DNA of 32,292 bases, from assembly GCA_028697695.1 (NCBI GenBank), contig JAQVEI010000001.1, positions 1 to 32,292 of the forward strand, read 5' to 3'. Positions 29,907 to 32,292 of this stretch are shown piece after piece. The notes below the pieces were generated by a model. The model ran no database searches, had not been told where the DNA came from, and saw only the letters and a program-made list of their open reading frames with translations. A program made the position numbers and the translations under genes. This DNA is from Lentimicrobiaceae bacterium (GTDB taxonomy: Bacteria > Bacteroidota > Bacteroidia > Bacteroidales > Lentimicrobiaceae). Position 1 is the stretch's first letter. Every line of letters begins with the position of its first letter.

Positions 29907-30308
29907 ATGAGAAAATTAAGCGTAGTTGGATTGTTAACCATGATGATGGTTGGAACATTATTAATCTCTTGTGGCGGAGGAAAAAGTTCACCTTCGAAAG
30001 CTGCAATGGCATTTACTGAAAACGTTGAGAAAGGCAATTATGATGCTGCTATAAGTATGCTTGAAGGGGCAGAAAATGCCACCGCCGAGGAAAAAGAAAA
30101 AATGAAAGCCTTTCTAAAAGAGGGTGCCAAAGAAATCGAGGAAAAAGGTGGAATCAGCAATAAAGAAATCTTATCCGAAGAAGTAAGTGAAGACGGAAAA
30201 ACAGCTAAGGTTAAGATGAAAATAACTTATGGAGACGGTAGTACCGATGAGTCGGATACATCTCTGGTAAACACCGATAATGGCTGGAAACTAAAGATGT
30301 CCAAGTAG
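29907..30308 (+). CDS. DUF4878-like (NTF2-like) lipoprotein
   Basis: Lipobox LIS-C, then SPSKAA...F; KGGI...ILSEEVSEDGKTAKV...YGDGS...LVNTDNGWK. Confidence 0.78.
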   Translation: MRKLSVVGLLTMMMVGTLLISCGGGKSSPSKAAMAFTENVEKGNYDAAISMLEGAENATAEEKEKMKAFLKEGAKEIEEKGGISNKEILSEEVSEDGKTAKVKMKITYGDGSTDESDTSLVNTDNGWKLKMSK

Positions 30309-30345
30309 AACGGCACAGCCCCTGATTGCTATTATTGATTGATAC

Positions 30346-30390
30346 AAAGGGAATTAATCTGATTGTCTCCAAACGGATTAATTCCCTTTT
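30346..30390. terminator. Probable terminator hairpin after the lipoprotein gene
   Basis: 14-bp stem AAAGGGAATTAATC / GATTAATTCCCTTT with a 16-nt loop. Confidence 0.65.
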
Positions 30391-30465
30391 CACATGGATG
30401 GCATTAAAAACTAATCGTTTTTTTAGTAGTTTTACGCCCTGTTATTCATTAACACTCTATTAGGT

Positions 30466-31419
30466 ATGCATGAAGATTTAATGCTTCTGGACCACATCCG
30501 TTTAAACTTTAGCCCCGCCAGCCTTCATCTGATGAACATAACCATCGGATTTATCATGTTTGGGGTAGCACTTGAAATCAGGTGGGAACAGTTTAGAAAT
30601 ATATTGCTTAACCCGCGAAAAATTTTAATTGGACTGCTTTCCCAGTTTATACTGCTTCCGGCAGTTACCTTTGGAGCCGTTCTATTATTCGGGAAATACA
30701 TTACGCCTGCGGTGGCTTTTGGAATGCTGTTGGTAGCTTCCTGCCCGGGTGGGAATGTATCCAATTATATTTCAAGCGTAGCCAAAGCCAACGTGCCGCT
30801 TTCTGTTAGTATGACGGCCGCGGGCACAGTGCTGGCTGTAATTATGACTCCATTTAACTTTGCGTTCTGGGGCAAACTTTATTCAGCCACCTCCCCTTTG
30901 CTGCGCCCTATACATATCGACATTGGCGACATGTTTTTAACGGTTACCGTGTTGCTGGGTTTACCGGTAGCGGCAGGTATCTTTTTTTTCAGACAATGGC
31001 CCAACCTTACCCAACGCATTGTTAAACCGGTAAAACAGTTTTCACTCCTAATTTTTATCGCCTTCATTATCATGGCATTCCGCAATAATTATAGCTATTT
31101 TATTAAATACATCAATTGGATATTAATTATAGTATTGGTGCACAACTCTCTGGCATTACTTACAGGATATCTGACTGCCTCGGCTTTTAAACTGCCGCGC
31201 ATCGATCGCCGTACCATCTCCATTGAAACAGGCATCCAAAATTCCGGGCTGGGTTTGGTATTGCTGTTCAATCCAAAAATCTTTCCACCGGAGATAAATA
31301 TGGGCGGCATGGCTTTTATTGCAGCCTGGTGGGGCATATGGCATATTTTATCCGGCCTTACACTCGCCTCATTTTGGGCACGTGTTAAGCCATTACAAAA
31401 TATTCCTGTTGACGCCTGA
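30466..31419 (+). CDS. Bile acid:sodium symporter (BASS/SBF) family transporter
   Basis: IMFGVAL, SQFILLP, CPGGNVSN and SIETGIQNSGL motifs; about 9-10 TM helices. Confidence 0.93.
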   Translation: MHEDLMLLDHIRLNFSPASLHLMNITIGFIMFGVALEIRWEQFRNILLNPRKILIGLLSQFILLPAVTFGAVLLFGKYITPAVAFGMLLVASCPGGNVSNYISSVAKANVPLSVSMTAAGTVLAVIMTPFNFAFWGKLYSATSPLLRPIHIDIGDMFLTVTVLLGLPVAAGIFFFRQWPNLTQRIVKPVKQFSLLIFIAFIIMAFRNNYSYFIKYINWILIIVLVHNSLALLTGYLTASAFKLPRIDRRTISIETGIQNSGLGLVLLFNPKIFPPEINMGGMAFIAAWWGIWHILSGLTLASFWARVKPLQNIPVDA

Positions 31420-31421
31420 AC

Positions 31422-32292
31422 ATGACCAAACATTTTAAAAAAAGCCCGCCTTCCATAGTGCCGCCAAATATCGCCGGCACTTCAGTTAGTTATCGATTGC
31501 TATATATTGTGGCAAGCTTTTTTTTCAGGTTATTCTATCGCCGTTTTATTGTCTTAAATCGCCATCTGGTACCCAAAGGCGAACAATTGATTTACGCATC
31601 CAACCATCAGAATGCACTTATGGATGCTTTGGCCATGCTTTTTGCAGCACGCCGTCCGGTTGCCTTTCTCGCAAGAGCCGACATGTTCAGAAAAAAACCA
31701 ATTGCTCATATGCTGCATTTTCTAAAAATCATGCCCATATTCCGGCCACGGGATGGTATGGAAAATATGAATGCAAATTATGAAGTATTTCAGGCTACTG
31801 CCCGGCTGTTAAAGAAAGGTATGCCCATTGCCCTGCTCCCCGAAGGAACACATAGCCCCATTAAGAAATTACAGCAACTGAAAAAAGGAATTTGTCGTAT
31901 AGCTTTCCAGGCAGCCGAAGCACAAAATTATGAAGCTGACATCTTTATCGTACCTACCGGAATAGATTACACCAGCTACTCAGAGGCAGGCACTGATCTA
32001 TTATTGATTTACGGCCCTGCCATAAATGTTGCTCAATATTATCCGCTTTACCGCGAAAATCCTCAAAAAGCAATAAATGCTCTTATACAACACCTGGCCG
32101 GTGAAATTAAAAAACTGATGATTCACGTTGAAGATGACCACTATTATGATACCATTCAACATGTGACCACCTTTTTTGCTTCCGGAAATACACGTTATGC
32201 CAACTTTAAAAAAGCACGTCATCTCATTCAAGAGCTGTATGAAGTTCCGGAAAAGGAGATGCACATGGAAGCACTTAAAGAGCACACCCATA
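31422..32292 (+). CDS. 1-acyl-sn-glycerol-3-phosphate acyltransferase family protein (runs off the window end; absent from the ORF track)
   Basis: Manual translation from ATG 31422: MTKHFKKSPP...YASNHQNALMDAL (HX4D)...AFLARADMF...MPIFRPRDG...LLPEGTH...LKKG. Confidence 0.88.
   Translation, partial: MTKHFKKSPPSIVPPNIAGTSVSYRLLYIVASFFFRLFYRRFIVLNRHLVPKGEQLIYASNHQNALMDALAMLFAARRPVAFLARADMFRKKPIAHMLHFLKIMPIFRPRDGMENMNANYEVFQATARLLKKGMPIALLPEGTHSPIKKLQQLKKGICRIAFQAAEAQNYEADIFIVPTGIDYTSYSEAGTDLLLIYGPAINVAQYYPLYRENPQKAINALIQHLAGEIKKLMIHVEDDHYYDTIQHVTTFFASGNTRYANFKKARHLIQELYEVPEKEMHMEALKEHTH

Noticed and set aside
32001-32291. 96-aa - strand ORF
   Set aside because: Antisense to the acyltransferase that runs off the window on +.

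Overview
Chromosomal window from a Bacteroidota bacterium, probably Bacteroidales. The evidence is TAnnTTTG -7 promoter boxes, T9SS-type C-terminal domains, an EF-G2-type factor and a short ATP synthase epsilon subunit. Recognisable genes include an EF-G2 paralogue interrupted by one in-frame TAA, a PfkB kinase, three large secreted proteins, a frameshifted sensor kinase and a di-haem cytochrome c peroxidase. Also present are a TetR-TolC-MFP-RND efflux operon, a GluR0-like ligand-gated K+ channel, a C69 dipeptidase, atpD-atpC, a YiiX-like hydrolase next to a DUF4878-like lipoprotein, a BASS symporter and a partial acyltransferase missing from the ORF track. The most unusual signals are non-coding. 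(i) At 23597-24035 is a ~436-bp element built like an integrated integron gene cassette, with an attC-like hairpin and a matching GTTGGGCAA/TTGCCCAAC core pair. It carries no convincing gene, only repeated covarying stem-loops, and there is no integrase in the window. (ii) At 1-873 is a tandem array of ~312-bp nested REP/BIME-like palindromic units with compensatory changes between copies. (iii) At 25263-25330 is a perfect 20-bp inverted repeat. All calls come from reading the sequence; no database searches were run.
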